A stretch of DNA of 45,931 bases, taken from NCBI GenBank assembly GCA_050700515.1, contig JBOHHD010000592.1, positions 1 through 45,931 on the forward strand. The letters run 5' to 3'. Below are positions 8,152-17,781 of the stretch, piece by piece; the first letter of the stretch is position 1; each line of letters begins with the position of its first letter. The stretch comes from Pseudonocardiaceae bacterium (lineage in GTDB: Bacteria > Actinomycetota > Actinomycetes > Mycobacteriales > Pseudonocardiaceae). The position numbers were made by a program, and so were the translations under genes. The notes beneath the pieces were generated by a model, which saw only the letters and a program-made list of their open reading frames with translations, was not told where the DNA came from and made no database searches.

Positions 8152-8826
8152 CTACGGCTCAGTGTTCCGCCGATCGGCTGGCGACGGAACCGGATTTCCT
8201 CCACCGCGGGGACAGGAAACGGGAAACCCGCAGGTGCCGGTGTGGTTTCGGCGTACCGCCATCAACAGGACGGCGTATGCACTCCCGGCATGCGGCAACT
8301 CGCCGGAAAGCACCAGCTGGAGAGCTTTGTCGAACGAGATCCATTCTATCTTGAGATCTGCTTCGCCTGGCTCGAGTCGTTGCTCGCAACTGGTGAGATC
8401 GGTGGCGAAGAAGATGCGGTCGACGTGGTTACTCAGACTATCCGCTTCGTGGACCTGACCAAGCGGCTCCCAGTGACCGGCTTCCAGTCCGGTCTCTTCG
8501 GCAAGTTCTCGGCGAGCGGCGGCAAGAAAATTGTCGTCGTTTAGATCGACGCCACCGCCGGGCAGTCGCCACTGGGTTGATTCGTGGGTGTATATCCACT
8601 GTCTCGTCAACATGATGCGGTCTTCGTGGTCCATCGCAAGCACTGTCACCGACCCCGGCGTCATCACGTGCATGTAGCTGTCGAAACCGCCGTCCGGACG
8701 AATCACTGAGTCGCGTCGTACCTCGAACCACGACGTCGTGTGCACGACCGTGCTGTCAATTCGTTGCCATGGCGGAACTCTTCCCGGCGGACGTCTGGCA
8801 CAAGGTTTCGCTGTCATGCCGACCAT
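8152..8826 (-). CDS. NUDIX hydrolase (ADP-ribose pyrophosphatase-like)
   Basis: The Nudix box region is [27 protein letters not shown] (RELAEETG). Homology begins near MVGMTAKP (ATG 8826). The track ORF extends to 9297, but that extension is Arg/Pro-rich junk. Confidence 0.8.
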   Translation of the reverse strand: MVGMTAKPCARRPPGRVPPWQRIDSTVVHTTSWFEVRRDSVIRPDGGFDSYMHVMTPGSVTVLAMDHEDRIMLTRQWIYTHESTQWRLPGGGVDLNDDNFLAAARRELAEETGLEAGHWEPLGQVHEADSLSNHVDRIFFATDLTSCEQRLEPGEADLKIEWISFDKALQLVLSGELPHAGSAYAVLLMAVRRNHTGTCGFPVSCPRGGGNPVPSPADRRNTEP

Positions 8827-9322
8827 CGAACCATATCGGACGGTTGCCGGCGCCGATGTCACTACCTGTAGCGGTGTTGTCGCCACATCAGGCGCTACCT
8901 CATCAAGCCAGGTCACCTGCTCCGGGGGCGATCGTCGAGTCAGGCCATCTCTATATGGTCTGCCGCTCGGGGCAGGGGAGCGCAACAGGTGCGGTGGTAG
9001 ATACGGCAGTAACCGGTCTCTGTGGCCTGCTCGGCGGTTGTCCTCGGGCGGCTCAGGAAATTTGGGAAAAATCGGCCTTTTCCGGAAGTGCCGGGACAAC
9101 CTCTGGGCTCCGTTGTTCGGCCGGAGACCTGTTGATGTTGCATTTCGATGTGTTGATGAAAAGTTGCTGTCACCGAAGTGTGCGGCTAGTTCCTGCCGCA
9201 GGATTTGTCCGTACCGAGTTGGTTGGCGCGTCCAGAAGATCCGGATCGACAAGAAGCTGCCATGCGGAGAAACCTCCCAACCTCGTGTCGGCTCCACACA
9301 CCGCTTCGAATACCGTCAGCGG

Positions 9323-11605
9323 GTGCACAACCCGGCCGTCGACTCCGTGCAGCGTGCTGCTGCCACCCCCGAGCTCCCGCAGCCCTACCGCGAGTTGGGA
9401 CTGGCTGACGACGAGTACGAGCGGATCCGGCAGATCCTCGGGCGCCGGCCCACCGAGGCCGAGCTGGCGATGTACTCGGTGATGTGGAGCGAGCACTGCT
9501 CCTACAAGTCCTCCAAGGAGCACCTGCGCTACTTCGGGGAGACGACGACGGAACAGATGCGTCGGCGGATGCTCGCCGGGATCGGGGAGAACGCCGGCGT
9601 GGTCGACGTCGGGGACGACTGGGCGGTGACCTTCAAGATCGAAAGTCACAACCATCCGTCCTATGTGGAGCCCTATCAGGGTGCCGCGACGGGCGTGGGC
9701 GGGATCGTGCGGGACATCATGGCGATGGGCGCCCGGCCGATCGCGATCGCCGACCCGCTGCGTTTCGGCCCCGCGGATGCCGCCGACACGAAGCGGGTGC
9801 TGCCCGGCGTCGTCGCCGGAATAGGGGGCTACGGCAACTGCCTCGGCCTGCCCAACATCGGGGGCGAAGTGTGTTTCGATCCCTCCTATACAGGAAACCC
9901 GCTGGTCAACGCGCTGTGCGTCGGCGTGATGCGGACCGAGGATCTGCACCTGGCGCACGCCAGCGGCGCCGGCAACAAGATCATTCTTTTCGGTGCGCGC
10001 ACCGGCCTCGACGGCATCGGGGGGGTCAGTGTGCTGGCCAGCGAGAGCTTCGGCGGCGACGGCAGCAGGAACAGCCGCGGGAAACTGCCCAGCGTGCAGG
10101 TCGGTGACCCGTTCACCGAGAAGGTGCTCATCGAGTGCTGCCTGGAGCTCTTCGGCGCCGGGCTGGTGGCCGGTATCCAGGATCTCGGCGGGGCGGGGTT
10201 GTCCTGCGCGACCAGTGAGCTGGCCAGCGCGGGCGACGGCGGCATGCACGTGGAGCTCGACGCGGTGCCCCTGCGGGCGCCACACATGACTCCGGCCGAG
10301 ATCCTCTCCAGCGAGTCGCAGGAGCGGATGTGCGCCGTCGTGCGTCCCGACGATGTGGACGCCTTCCTGGCGGTGTGCCGCAAATGGGACGTCCTCGCCA
10401 CGGTGATCGGCGAGGTGACCGACGGCGATCGGCTGGTGATCACCTGGCGGGGTGAGACCGTGGTGGACGTGCCGCCGCGCACCGTCGCCCACGACGGCCC
10501 GGTCTACCACCGCCGCGTACTGCGGCCGGCGGGCCAGGACACGCTGCAACTCAGCACTCCGGATGCCCTCCCTCGCCCGGCCACACCTCGGGAGCTCGCG
10601 GCGACACTGCTGCGGATGGTGGCCAGTCCCGGGCTGTGCTCGCGCGCCTGGGTCACCGACCAGTACGACCGCTATGTGCGCGGCGCCACCGTGCTCGCCC
10701 AGCCCAGCGACGCGGGTCTGGTGCGCATCGACGAGACCACGGGGCGGGGGGTCGCGGTGGCAACCGACTGCAACGGCCGGTACTGCGCGCTGGACCCCTA
10801 CGCCGGTGCGCAGCTCGCCCTGGCCGAGGCCTACCGCAACGTCGCGGTCACCGGGGCCACCCCGGTGGCCGTGACGAACTGCCTCAACTTCGGTGCCCCG
10901 ACCGATCCCGGCGTGATGTGGCAGTTCGAGCAGGCCGTCCGCGGGCTGGCCGACGGTTGCGCCGCCCTGGGCATCCCGGTGACCGGTGGCAACGTGAGTT
11001 TCTACAACCAGACCGGCGACACCGCGATCCTGCCCACCCCCGTCGTCGGGGTGCTCGGGGTGATCGATGACGTACAACGCCGGATCCCCACCGGCCTGGG
11101 CGAGCCGGGCGACGCCGTCTGGCTGCTGGGCGAGACCTGTGAGGAGTTCGGCGGCAGCGAATGGGCGCACGAGGTGCACGCCCATCTCGGCGGGCGCCCC
11201 CCCATGGTGAATCTGGCCCGCGAGCAGGCGATCGCCCAGCTGCTCGCCACGGTCTCACGCGAGGGCCTGGTCAGCGCCGCTCACGACCTGTCCGAAGGCG
11301 GCCTCGCCCAAGCCCTCGTGGAAGCCGCCCTGCTGAGCAACCATGGCGCCCAAATCACCCTTCCCGCCCCCCTCGACCCCTTCGTCGCCCTGTTCGCCGA
11401 ATCCGCCGCCCGCCTCCTCCTCGGCGTGTCCGCCGTTCATGCACACCGTGTCGCGCAGCTGTGCACTGCGCACGGGGTCCCGGTGACCCCGCTCGGCCAC
11501 ATCAACACAGCGAATACCCTGGAAATCGTCGGCGTCGCCGCTTTCGGTCTGGATGAGTTGCGCACCGCATGGGAAGCCACCTTGCCCGCACTGTTCGGCC
11601 CCTGA
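9323..11605 (+). CDS. purL: Phosphoribosylformylglycinamidine synthase subunit PurL (FGAM synthase II)
   Basis: [47 protein letters not shown] and the rest of the ORF are PurL-like throughout. The GTG at 9323 gives 760 aa, the normal actinobacterial size. The track ORF start at 8738 is an artefactual extension. Confidence 0.93.
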   Translation: MHNPAVDSVQRAAATPELPQPYRELGLADDEYERIRQILGRRPTEAELAMYSVMWSEHCSYKSSKEHLRYFGETTTEQMRRRMLAGIGENAGVVDVGDDWAVTFKIESHNHPSYVEPYQGAATGVGGIVRDIMAMGARPIAIADPLRFGPADAADTKRVLPGVVAGIGGYGNCLGLPNIGGEVCFDPSYTGNPLVNALCVGVMRTEDLHLAHASGAGNKIILFGARTGLDGIGGVSVLASESFGGDGSRNSRGKLPSVQVGDPFTEKVLIECCLELFGAGLVAGIQDLGGAGLSCATSELASAGDGGMHVELDAVPLRAPHMTPAEILSSESQERMCAVVRPDDVDAFLAVCRKWDVLATVIGEVTDGDRLVITWRGETVVDVPPRTVAHDGPVYHRRVLRPAGQDTLQLSTPDALPRPATPRELAATLLRMVASPGLCSRAWVTDQYDRYVRGATVLAQPSDAGLVRIDETTGRGVAVATDCNGRYCALDPYAGAQLALAEAYRNVAVTGATPVAVTNCLNFGAPTDPGVMWQFEQAVRGLADGCAALGIPVTGGNVSFYNQTGDTAILPTPVVGVLGVIDDVQRRIPTGLGEPGDAVWLLGETCEEFGGSEWAHEVHAHLGGRPPMVNLAREQAIAQLLATVSREGLVSAAHDLSEGGLAQALVEAALLSNHGAQITLPAPLDPFVALFAESAARLLLGVSAVHAHRVAQLCTAHGVPVTPLGHINTANTLEIVGVAAFGLDELRTAWEATLPALFGP

Positions 11606-11606
11606 G

Positions 11607-12014
11607 ATGTCTCGGCGCGGCCAGGTCGACCCCCACGAGTTGCGTGCTGCGCTCGGCGCCGTCGCGTCCTGGTTGGACGGGCAGGCGCCGGAACCGGGTC
11701 GCGCCGAGCTGGCTCACGCCGTCCGGCTGAGCCTGCGCACCCTCGCCCAGCTGACTCCCGGGGCGACAGTGGAGGTGCGGGTTCCGCCGTTCGCCGCGGT
11801 GCAATGCGTGGCGGGGCTGCGGCACACCCGAGGTACTCCACCTAATGTAGTGGAAACCGATCCGCGGACCTGGCTGAAACTCGCCACCGGACGGGAGCTC
11901 TGGGCGGCGGCGTTGGCGGACGGCCGACTAGCGGTTTCGGGCACCCGGGCCGATGTGTCGGGGTGGTTACCGCTGGTAGGCCACTTACCCAGTGGACCAT
12001 CGAGCTCGGCGTGA
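11607..12014 (+). CDS. Sterol-carrier (SCP2-like) family protein
   Basis: ATG 11607 lies 1 nt after the purL stop. The C-terminus (WLKLATGRELWAAALADGRLAVSGTRADVSGWLPLV) matches the actinobacterial 'sterol carrier family protein' pattern as I recall it. Confidence 0.55.
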   Translation: MSRRGQVDPHELRAALGAVASWLDGQAPEPGRAELAHAVRLSLRTLAQLTPGATVEVRVPPFAAVQCVAGLRHTRGTPPNVVETDPRTWLKLATGRELWAAALADGRLAVSGTRADVSGWLPLVGHLPSGPSSSA

Positions 12015-12294
12015 GGGGCACTTGACACGAGGAACCCGGCCAGGCGCACAATACCCCCGGGAGTGGTCGGCTCACAGAATGTGAGGTCGATCGATTACGC
12101 CTCACCCGGTGTTCGCTACGGCCCGTGGTGACCTGGAGCTGCCGGCGCTGAGGTCGGGGAGGTTCCGTCGTCTCGCTCCCGGGGCGGGAGGGTCATCCAA
12201 CCTTGGGGCGGCACTGGATGCAGGGGAGGGGCCGCTGGATGCTGTCGTGCTACCGCGGCTGCCCGGTGGCTGGCACATCGGTAAGGGGATCGCG

Positions 12295-14361
12295 ATGAGA
12301 ACGGCATTTGCCCGGGTGTGGGCCCAAGCTGTGGCGGGCACCGGCTTTGTTCCGTTGGACCGCGTCGAGCTGGAAAGATTGCTCACCGAGTACGCAGCTG
12401 CCCTGGAGAACGCGTTGGTGGCGGAGCCGTTTTGTCCCGAAGCCGCGGCGCATGTCGGGGCGCGGCTGGGCGCGTCGCATTTCGCCACTTCGGAGACACT
12501 GCGCCGGACCATCGAACTGCTCGGACTGGAGCTGGGAGGCGGTCCCGCCGACGAGCGGGTTGCGGCCATGCAAGGCGCGTTGGCCGGTGGGTACACCCGG
12601 GAGCTGCGCGAACGCATTCACCTGGAGCAGGAATCGGTCCTGCGCACCATGCTGGCATCCCGGCGCCATGCCGAGGACGCGCTGCGGGCCAGCGACGCCC
12701 GGTTTCGCGCGTTGTTCAGCCAGGCCGGGGTGGGTATCGCGATCATCGACCTCAGCGGCACCGTGTTGGACGCCAACGCCGCGCTCCTGGCGATGCTCGG
12801 CCATCCGCCCGACGACGTGCCCCGGATCGGCATCGCCGAACTGGTACATCCCGACGACCGGGTGAAGCTGCAGTCCATGGCCCAGAAACTGCTGAGCGGT
12901 CAGCACGATCACTTCCGGCTGGAGCGTCGGCTGGTTCGAGCCGACGGTGGTGTGCTGTGGGCCCAGTTGTCCGCGACCCTCGTGCGCGAGGACGGCGGAG
13001 CCCCCCGATTCTGGGTCGCCATGGCCGAGGACGTCACCGACCGGCATCGCCTGCAGAGCCGGCTGCGACACCAGGCCCTGCACGACCCCCTTACCCAGTT
13101 ACCCAACCGAGCGCTGTTCCTGGACCGGCTGGCTCAGATCTTCTCCGGCGGCAAGACCCGGGTCGGGGTGTGCTACCTAGATCTCGACGGTTTCAAGGTC
13201 ATCAACGACAGCCTCGGGCACGATGTCGGTGATCAGTTGTTGGCCGCGGTGGCCCGGCGACTGCACGGCTGTGCCCACGGTGGCTCTCGGCTGGCGGCCC
13301 GGATGGGCGGGGACGAGTTCGTCGTGCTGGTGGAGAACTGCGCCGGCACCGATGAGGTCATTTCCGTGGCGAACTCCGTGCTGAAGGCGCTGGCGGAGCC
13401 GGTGCACATCGCCGGGCACGAGCTGGTGGTGACGGCCAGTATCGGCATCGTCGAGTGCCCGGTGGAGGGCACCACCCCGGCTGAGCTGATGCAAGCCGCG
13501 GACATCACGCTCTACTGGGCAAAGGGGGAGGGCAAGGGGCGCTGGGCGCTCTACGACGCCGAGCGACATGCCAAGCAGGTCGCCCGCTTCAGGCTGGCCG
13601 CGACGATGCCCGAGGCACTGGAAGCCGAAGAGTTCTACCTCGACTACCAGCCGATCGTGGGCCTCGCCGACGCCTCGGTGATCGGGGCGGAGGCATTGGT
13701 TCGCTGGTGGCACCCCGAGCTGGGACGCTTGGGGCCGGACCGGTTCATCGGGCTGGCCGAGGAGACCGGGCTGATCGTGCCGCTGGGGCAGTGGGTGCTG
13801 CGCCAGGCATGCTGGCAGGCGACCCAGTGGTCCCGCGGGTTCATCTCGGTCAACCTGGCTGAGCGCCAAGTACGGGATCCCGCAGTGGTCGACGTGGTGG
13901 GCGGGATCCTGGAAGAAACCGGGTTGAGTGCCTCCCGGCTGCAGCTCGAGCTCACCGAGAGCGCGGCGATGGGTACCGACCGCGAGACGCTGAGCACCCT
14001 GCGCCGGCTGGCCGACCTGGGGGTCCGGATCGCGATCGACGACTTCGGCACCGGCTACTCCAACCTCGCCTACCTGCGACGCCTACCGGTGGATGCGCTG
14101 AAAATGGCCGGCGCGTTCATGGACGGGCTGCGGTCCCCGACCGGTGACCCGGTGGATCAGCGGATCATGGGCACTCTCGTGTCGATGGCGCACACCCTGG
14201 GGTTGACGGTCACCGCGGAGGCGGTGGAGACCGAGGTACAGGCGGCCCGGCTGCGAGCCATCGGTTGTGACTCCGCCCAGGGCTACCTCTACGCCCGACC
14301 GGGCCCCCCGCAGGTCGTCACGAGCCTGCTCGTCGAGCGCTTCACCTTGCCCGCGTTATGA
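12295..14361 (+). CDS. Bifunctional-type c-di-GMP enzyme: N-terminal helical domain - PAS - GGDEF - EAL
   Basis: The PAS region is ARFRALFSQAGVGIAIIDLSG.... The GGDEF site is RMGGDEFVVL. The EAL motifs are EALVRW, DDFGTGYS and QGYLY. ATG 12295 is preceded by AAGGGGA (12283-12289). Confidence 0.9.
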   Translation: MRTAFARVWAQAVAGTGFVPLDRVELERLLTEYAAALENALVAEPFCPEAAAHVGARLGASHFATSETLRRTIELLGLELGGGPADERVAAMQGALAGGYTRELRERIHLEQESVLRTMLASRRHAEDALRASDARFRALFSQAGVGIAIIDLSGTVLDANAALLAMLGHPPDDVPRIGIAELVHPDDRVKLQSMAQKLLSGQHDHFRLERRLVRADGGVLWAQLSATLVREDGGAPRFWVAMAEDVTDRHRLQSRLRHQALHDPLTQLPNRALFLDRLAQIFSGGKTRVGVCYLDLDGFKVINDSLGHDVGDQLLAAVARRLHGCAHGGSRLAARMGGDEFVVLVENCAGTDEVISVANSVLKALAEPVHIAGHELVVTASIGIVECPVEGTTPAELMQAADITLYWAKGEGKGRWALYDAERHAKQVARFRLAATMPEALEAEEFYLDYQPIVGLADASVIGAEALVRWWHPELGRLGPDRFIGLAEETGLIVPLGQWVLRQACWQATQWSRGFISVNLAERQVRDPAVVDVVGGILEETGLSASRLQLELTESAAMGTDRETLSTLRRLADLGVRIAIDDFGTGYSNLAYLRRLPVDALKMAGAFMDGLRSPTGDPVDQRIMGTLVSMAHTLGLTVTAEAVETEVQAARLRAIGCDSAQGYLYARPGPPQVVTSLLVERFTLPAL

Positions 14362-14517
14362 GTTATGAGCAGTACGCGCCACCCAGCGGAGCTGCGGATC
14401 GGGGAAACGCGGTGTTGCCGATGGCTATTTTGGGGTTAAGCGGTCTCGCCAGAAACAGCTCCTTGTGACATACCCTCCGTTACTCTAACCGTACGATCGG
14501 CAACCGGGGATGGGGTT

Positions 14518-14898
14518 ATGGCGCGGTTCACGAGGTGAGTCAGACGGAACATCGATGCCGTCCTGGCGCTGTTGATCTCGATAGCGGTCGGCATTCTTGC
14601 GTTGGCCGACGTGCTGGGCACCGACCAGGTCAACGCCGCGATCCTGCTCGTTCTGGCGCTTCTTGCCGTCACGCTCCTCGGTGACCGCAGGGCAGCCGCA
14701 CAGGCACTGACGCACGCCTCCGCGGTACGCCTGCTCAGGGGCCTCGAGGTGGGCCAGGCGCACGCCGAGGCGCGACACGCAACCGAACAGTGGATCTTCA
14801 AGGGGGGCACGGGCACCTATCTCCACGCTGTGACGCTCAAGGAGTGCAGCGCTGTGCTTCTTTCCTCACGATCGAGGTGGGGCTGTCCAAGACCATGA
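14518..14898 (+). pseudogene. Small membrane-anchored hypothetical protein with an in-frame TGA at codon 7
   Basis: ATG 14518 has GGGGATGGGG upstream. The reading is MARFTR*VRRNIDAVLALLISIAVGILALADVLGTDQVNAAILLVLALLAVTLLGDRR.... The TGA at 14536-14538 is in the same frame as track ORF 14572..14898. The TTG start assigned by the track would fall in the middle of a TM helix. Confidence 0.4.
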
Positions 14899-15212
14899 CG
14901 ACGTTCCGCTGGGACGTTTCCTCGCGTTGTGTGATCATGACCCAGGAGGATCCCGCCGCCCAGGCACTGATGTTCGAGAAGGGCAGGCCTTACTATGACG
15001 CCTACAGTCGGGAATTGGTTTCCTCGTTCAGGCAGGCACAGCGGGTGCATCTCGAGGAGATCGGCGAACTTCAGCTCAGCGACGAACCGACCATTGAGGA
15101 GACCCGCAGGCTCTCCACTTTGTGGGGGCTGGAACTACCTTCCTCCTTCAGCGAACGTGACACCAACGACATCATCCGCAAGGCCATTCGGGCCAAGAAC
15201 CCCTATCCATGA
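14895..15212 (+). CDS. Hypothetical protein (105 aa)
   Basis: ATG 14895 overlaps the TGA of the preceding ORF (ATGA). The sequence is MTTFRWDVSSRCVIMTQEDPAAQALMFEKGRPYYDAYSREL.... No family was recognised. Confidence 0.4.
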   Translation: MTTFRWDVSSRCVIMTQEDPAAQALMFEKGRPYYDAYSRELVSSFRQAQRVHLEEIGELQLSDEPTIEETRRLSTLWGLELPSSFSERDTNDIIRKAIRAKNPYP

Positions 15213-15218
15213 TCGATA

Positions 15219-15839
15219 ATGGACTACCACAGCTTCCGTCGGGCCATGCTGGGCGGCACGGCCGAACAAGCCGCACCCGGATGGGTACTGAACGTCCTCT
15301 GCGAGATCGCCCAGGATCGCCGAGACGTCACCGCCATACGCCATCCCCTAGGCTTTGTGTGCATTCCCGTCGAGCGCACCGGTGATCAGGGGGTCTGCGT
15401 GCACGTGTGGAGCGATAGCCTGCCGAGCGCGAGTCCGACCACATCGATGATTCACGCGCACAGCTGGGACCTGATCAGCCACGTTCTCTACGGTAGCGTG
15501 CGCAACGAACTCATCGATGTCACCGATGCGCCGGACAATCCCACGTATCGGATCTTCGAGGTACACAGCTGCGCGGACATCGATGAGGTGCGGGAAACCC
15601 CGAGGCTGGTTCGTTGCCAGGTCACCGCAGCGGAATTGAACCGGCAAGGAGACACCTACTCCCTGCCGGCCGGTAACTTTCACGCCACGATGGTTCACGG
15701 CGAGGCGGCCACCTGGGCCAGACCTGGTCAGCGGTCCGGGGGCAGGGAGCCCGGGGTCCGGCCGGTGTGCCGGTACGCCTATCACGCCGACCGGCTATCG
15801 GCGGACCGGTGCTGGCCTGGACGCAGGGACACAGCGTGA
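15219..15839 (+). CDS. Hypothetical cupin-like protein, probably 3'-truncated or fused near 15.70-15.72 kb
   Basis: The His-rich core is VHVWSD...MIHAHSWDLISHVLYGSVRNE...GDTYSLPAGNFHATMVHGEAAT. After about 15715 the translation becomes Arg/Gly/Pro-rich (WARPGQRSGGREPGVRP...), while another frame there carries IMPase homology. Confidence 0.4.
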   Translation: MDYHSFRRAMLGGTAEQAAPGWVLNVLCEIAQDRRDVTAIRHPLGFVCIPVERTGDQGVCVHVWSDSLPSASPTTSMIHAHSWDLISHVLYGSVRNELIDVTDAPDNPTYRIFEVHSCADIDEVRETPRLVRCQVTAAELNRQGDTYSLPAGNFHATMVHGEAATWARPGQRSGGREPGVRPVCRYAYHADRLSADRCWPGRRDTA

Positions 15840-16183
15840 GCCGGGCCAATAGTACGGCCAGGGCGCTACGGGCCGCTATGGAGCTGAGCGTGAAAAGGGT
15901 ATTGCAGCTATGGGCACCACTGTTGGCCTGGGTGATGCTGGCCCGCGGGGACATTGACGGATTTGTGGGCTATCGCCCTGAGGCGATCGATCTCCCGGCG
16001 GGTAGCTTGATTGCGCAAGAAGCCGGTATCACCATGTGCTCCCTGGATGGCTCGCCCTTCGATGAGCACGTCGACATCCCGGAGGATGACCGCAGCTTTG
16101 TGGCCGGCCGCCCCGAGGCCATCCACGAGCTGCTCGCTTTGGTTCGCACTGCGGTGGATCGTCCACATCAGGTCAGCGCATGA
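15719..16183 (+). pseudogene. Inositol monophosphatase (IMPase/SuhB) family remnant lacking the N-terminal catalytic part
   Basis: QTWSAVRGQGARGPAGVPVRLSRRP...LLAWVMLARGDIDGFVGYRPEAIDLPAGSLIAQEAGITMCSLDGSPFD aligns to the middle and C-terminal IMPase pattern (rG.GA.lNg.pi.vs ... vA.G.lDgy... WD.aAG.li..EAGG.v.d..G). The WD is replaced by ID, and no N-terminal third is present. Confidence 0.5.
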
Positions 16184-17363
16184 GCAGCAACGCCCCGACA
16201 CTCGAGGTCACCGCGACAGCCCCCAAGCCGAAGCCGGTCAGCATGAACTTGCCGAGCGGAACGCGAAGGTGGTGTTCGCGGCAGGCCTCCAGGCACAGCA
16301 GGGTGGCCAGCGACGCCCACGGGGTGATGATCGGTCCTACGTTGGTGCCGATGAGTAGAGCCAGGAGCTGATCGCTGTTCCCGGTGGGGATGATCGCCTC
16401 ACCCGCGGCGTAGGCCGGAAGATTGTTGAGCACGTTGGAGAGCCCGGCTCCGCCCAGCGCTGCCCGGTACACCCCCACCCCATTGTCATCGGTGCCGATC
16501 AGTGCGGTCATCACCTCGGTGAGGCCGTACCGGCTGAGCGTGGGAACCACCAGGAAAAGTCCGCTGACGAAGACCAGGAGCTGCCAGGGGAAGAGGCTCA
16601 GCCGCAGCTTCGCGCGGTCGAAACGAGCGAAGGCCAGCACGACGATCAGCGCGGCGGCCAGTGCCGCATATCCGATCTCTTCGCCGAGGAATGGTATGGC
16701 GAAGATGAACAGCAGGCAAGCCGCACTGGCCACCGCGAAGAGGGCGCGTTTTTTCGGCTCCTCCAGCTTCAGCGGCTGCGGCGGAAGGTACCGATCGCTG
16801 CCCCGATGAGCCCGGCGCCAATAAAAGAGCCAGAGAAATAGCATGGTAGCGGTGATCGCGGCGAGTTGGGGGAGCCACATCCGAGCGGCGAACGCCGGTG
16901 CCTCCAGCGCGACGCGATCAGCGGCGAGCAGATTCGTGAGGTTCGATACCGGCAGCAGCAGGCTCGCGGTATTGGCCAGCCAGATAGTGGTCATCGCGAG
17001 CGGGAGTGCGGCGATCCGGACTCTTGCCGCAAGGGCCAGCATCACCGGTGTCAGCAACACTGCGGTCGTATCAAGGTTGAGAAAGATCGTGGTGAGGGAC
17101 GCGAAGACCACGCACCACAAGAACAAGGCTACGTAGTTTCCCCGCCCCGCGATCGCCAGCCGGACCGCGATGACGTCGAAGACCTGTGCCTCTCGTACCA
17201 GCTTGGCCAACACGATCACGCTGCCGAGGAACAGCAGCAGGGGTATGATCCGTCCGATGTTGTCCTCGGCCTGTTCTCTGGGCAGCAGGCCGGTCACCAC
17301 ACACGCGACACCGGCGACGAAAAGGCCGATCCTGATCCAGTCAAGTGTGCTGAATCGGATCAC
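16173..17363 (-). CDS. ArsB/NhaD-superfamily permease (arsenite/anion transporter-like)
   Basis: It is polytopic. LNLDTTAVLLTPVMLALA, LLLPVSNLTNLL and NVLNNLPAYA are typical of ArsB/CitMHS-type permeases. GTG 17363 lies 7 nt after GGTGAGG. The track ORF starts at 17423. Confidence 0.75.
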   Translation of the reverse strand: MIRFSTLDWIRIGLFVAGVACVVTGLLPREQAEDNIGRIIPLLLFLGSVIVLAKLVREAQVFDVIAVRLAIAGRGNYVALFLWCVVFASLTTIFLNLDTTAVLLTPVMLALAARVRIAALPLAMTTIWLANTASLLLPVSNLTNLLAADRVALEAPAFAARMWLPQLAAITATMLFLWLFYWRRAHRGSDRYLPPQPLKLEEPKKRALFAVASAACLLFIFAIPFLGEEIGYAALAAALIVVLAFARFDRAKLRLSLFPWQLLVFVSGLFLVVPTLSRYGLTEVMTALIGTDDNGVGVYRAALGGAGLSNVLNNLPAYAAGEAIIPTGNSDQLLALLIGTNVGPIITPWASLATLLCLEACREHHLRVPLGKFMLTGFGLGAVAVTSSVGALLLMR

Positions 17364-17373
17364 GGAACGAACC

Positions 17374-17781
17374 TCACCGACGCTTGAGTGGAAAAATGCC
17401 GTAGCTCTTCGTGCAGGTGCCATAACCGCTCATGCCGAATAAAGCGAGTTCGCTCAGTAACCCGTTGAATGTGGGAGGAAGGGGAAGATTGTCGAGGGGA
17501 ACGCGAAAATTGGAGTCCCGCGGCCAGGCCGGTGTCACATGTGGATGAAAACGATCGTGTCCGCCGTTGACCTCATCGGCGATCTCGTCGTAGCCGTATC
17601 TGAGCAGCTGTTGTCGTTGTGGACTTTTCTCTGAGGTGTTGTTCACCAAATCGAGGATTCGAATTCCGGATGGGTCCATCTCACGTAAACGTCCGCACCG
17701 AAGTGGTTCTACCGCGTTGATGATGGCATGTTGAAATTCTCCCCACGCCGCCGACTTCGTGAAATATAACTCCGGGGCGCC
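17374..17781 (-). pseudogene. 2H-phosphoesterase-like (LigT/cyclic phosphodiesterase superfamily) fragment, 5'-truncated
   Basis: The second H-x-T motif is FHPHVTPAW, about 55 aa from the C-terminus as in LigT-like proteins. The position of the first motif reads NPHGAP, exactly at the junction (about 17782). A/T-ending codons are used (tta, tat, aat, ttt, cga), and line 17581-17640 is 30/60 G+C. The track ORF extension to 17994 is antisense to a better-coding + strand frame. Confidence 0.4.

Noticed and set aside
8738-9322. 5' extensions of track ORFs: purL from 8738, dnaE from 21451, NUDIX to 9297, BKACE to 30743, ygfZ to 31458, pabC-like from 31356, DUF3073 to 28760, and the membrane protein to 35563.
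   Set aside because: Family homology begins at internal starts, several of which have good SD sequences or stop/start overlaps. The extensions are low-complexity and overlap neighbouring genes.
9170-11185. Very long antisense ORFs: 671 aa opposite purL; likewise 17709..20333 opposite the NACHT gene, 22231..23355 opposite dnaE, 25227..26864 opposite purF, and 33894..34886 and 33965..35065 around the membrane protein gene.
   Set aside because: Their translations are Arg/Gly/Pro/His-rich with no recognisable domains. They lie opposite genes with unambiguous homology. Stop-codon-poor antisense frames are expected at this G+C content.
17645-17675. A tRNA-like T-arm string (ggaattcgaatcc on the minus strand).
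   Set aside because: No acceptor, D or anticodon arms can be folded around it. It lies inside the 2H-like coding frame (G I R I L D). No other tRNA-like GTTCGAATC-type motif was noticed in the window.
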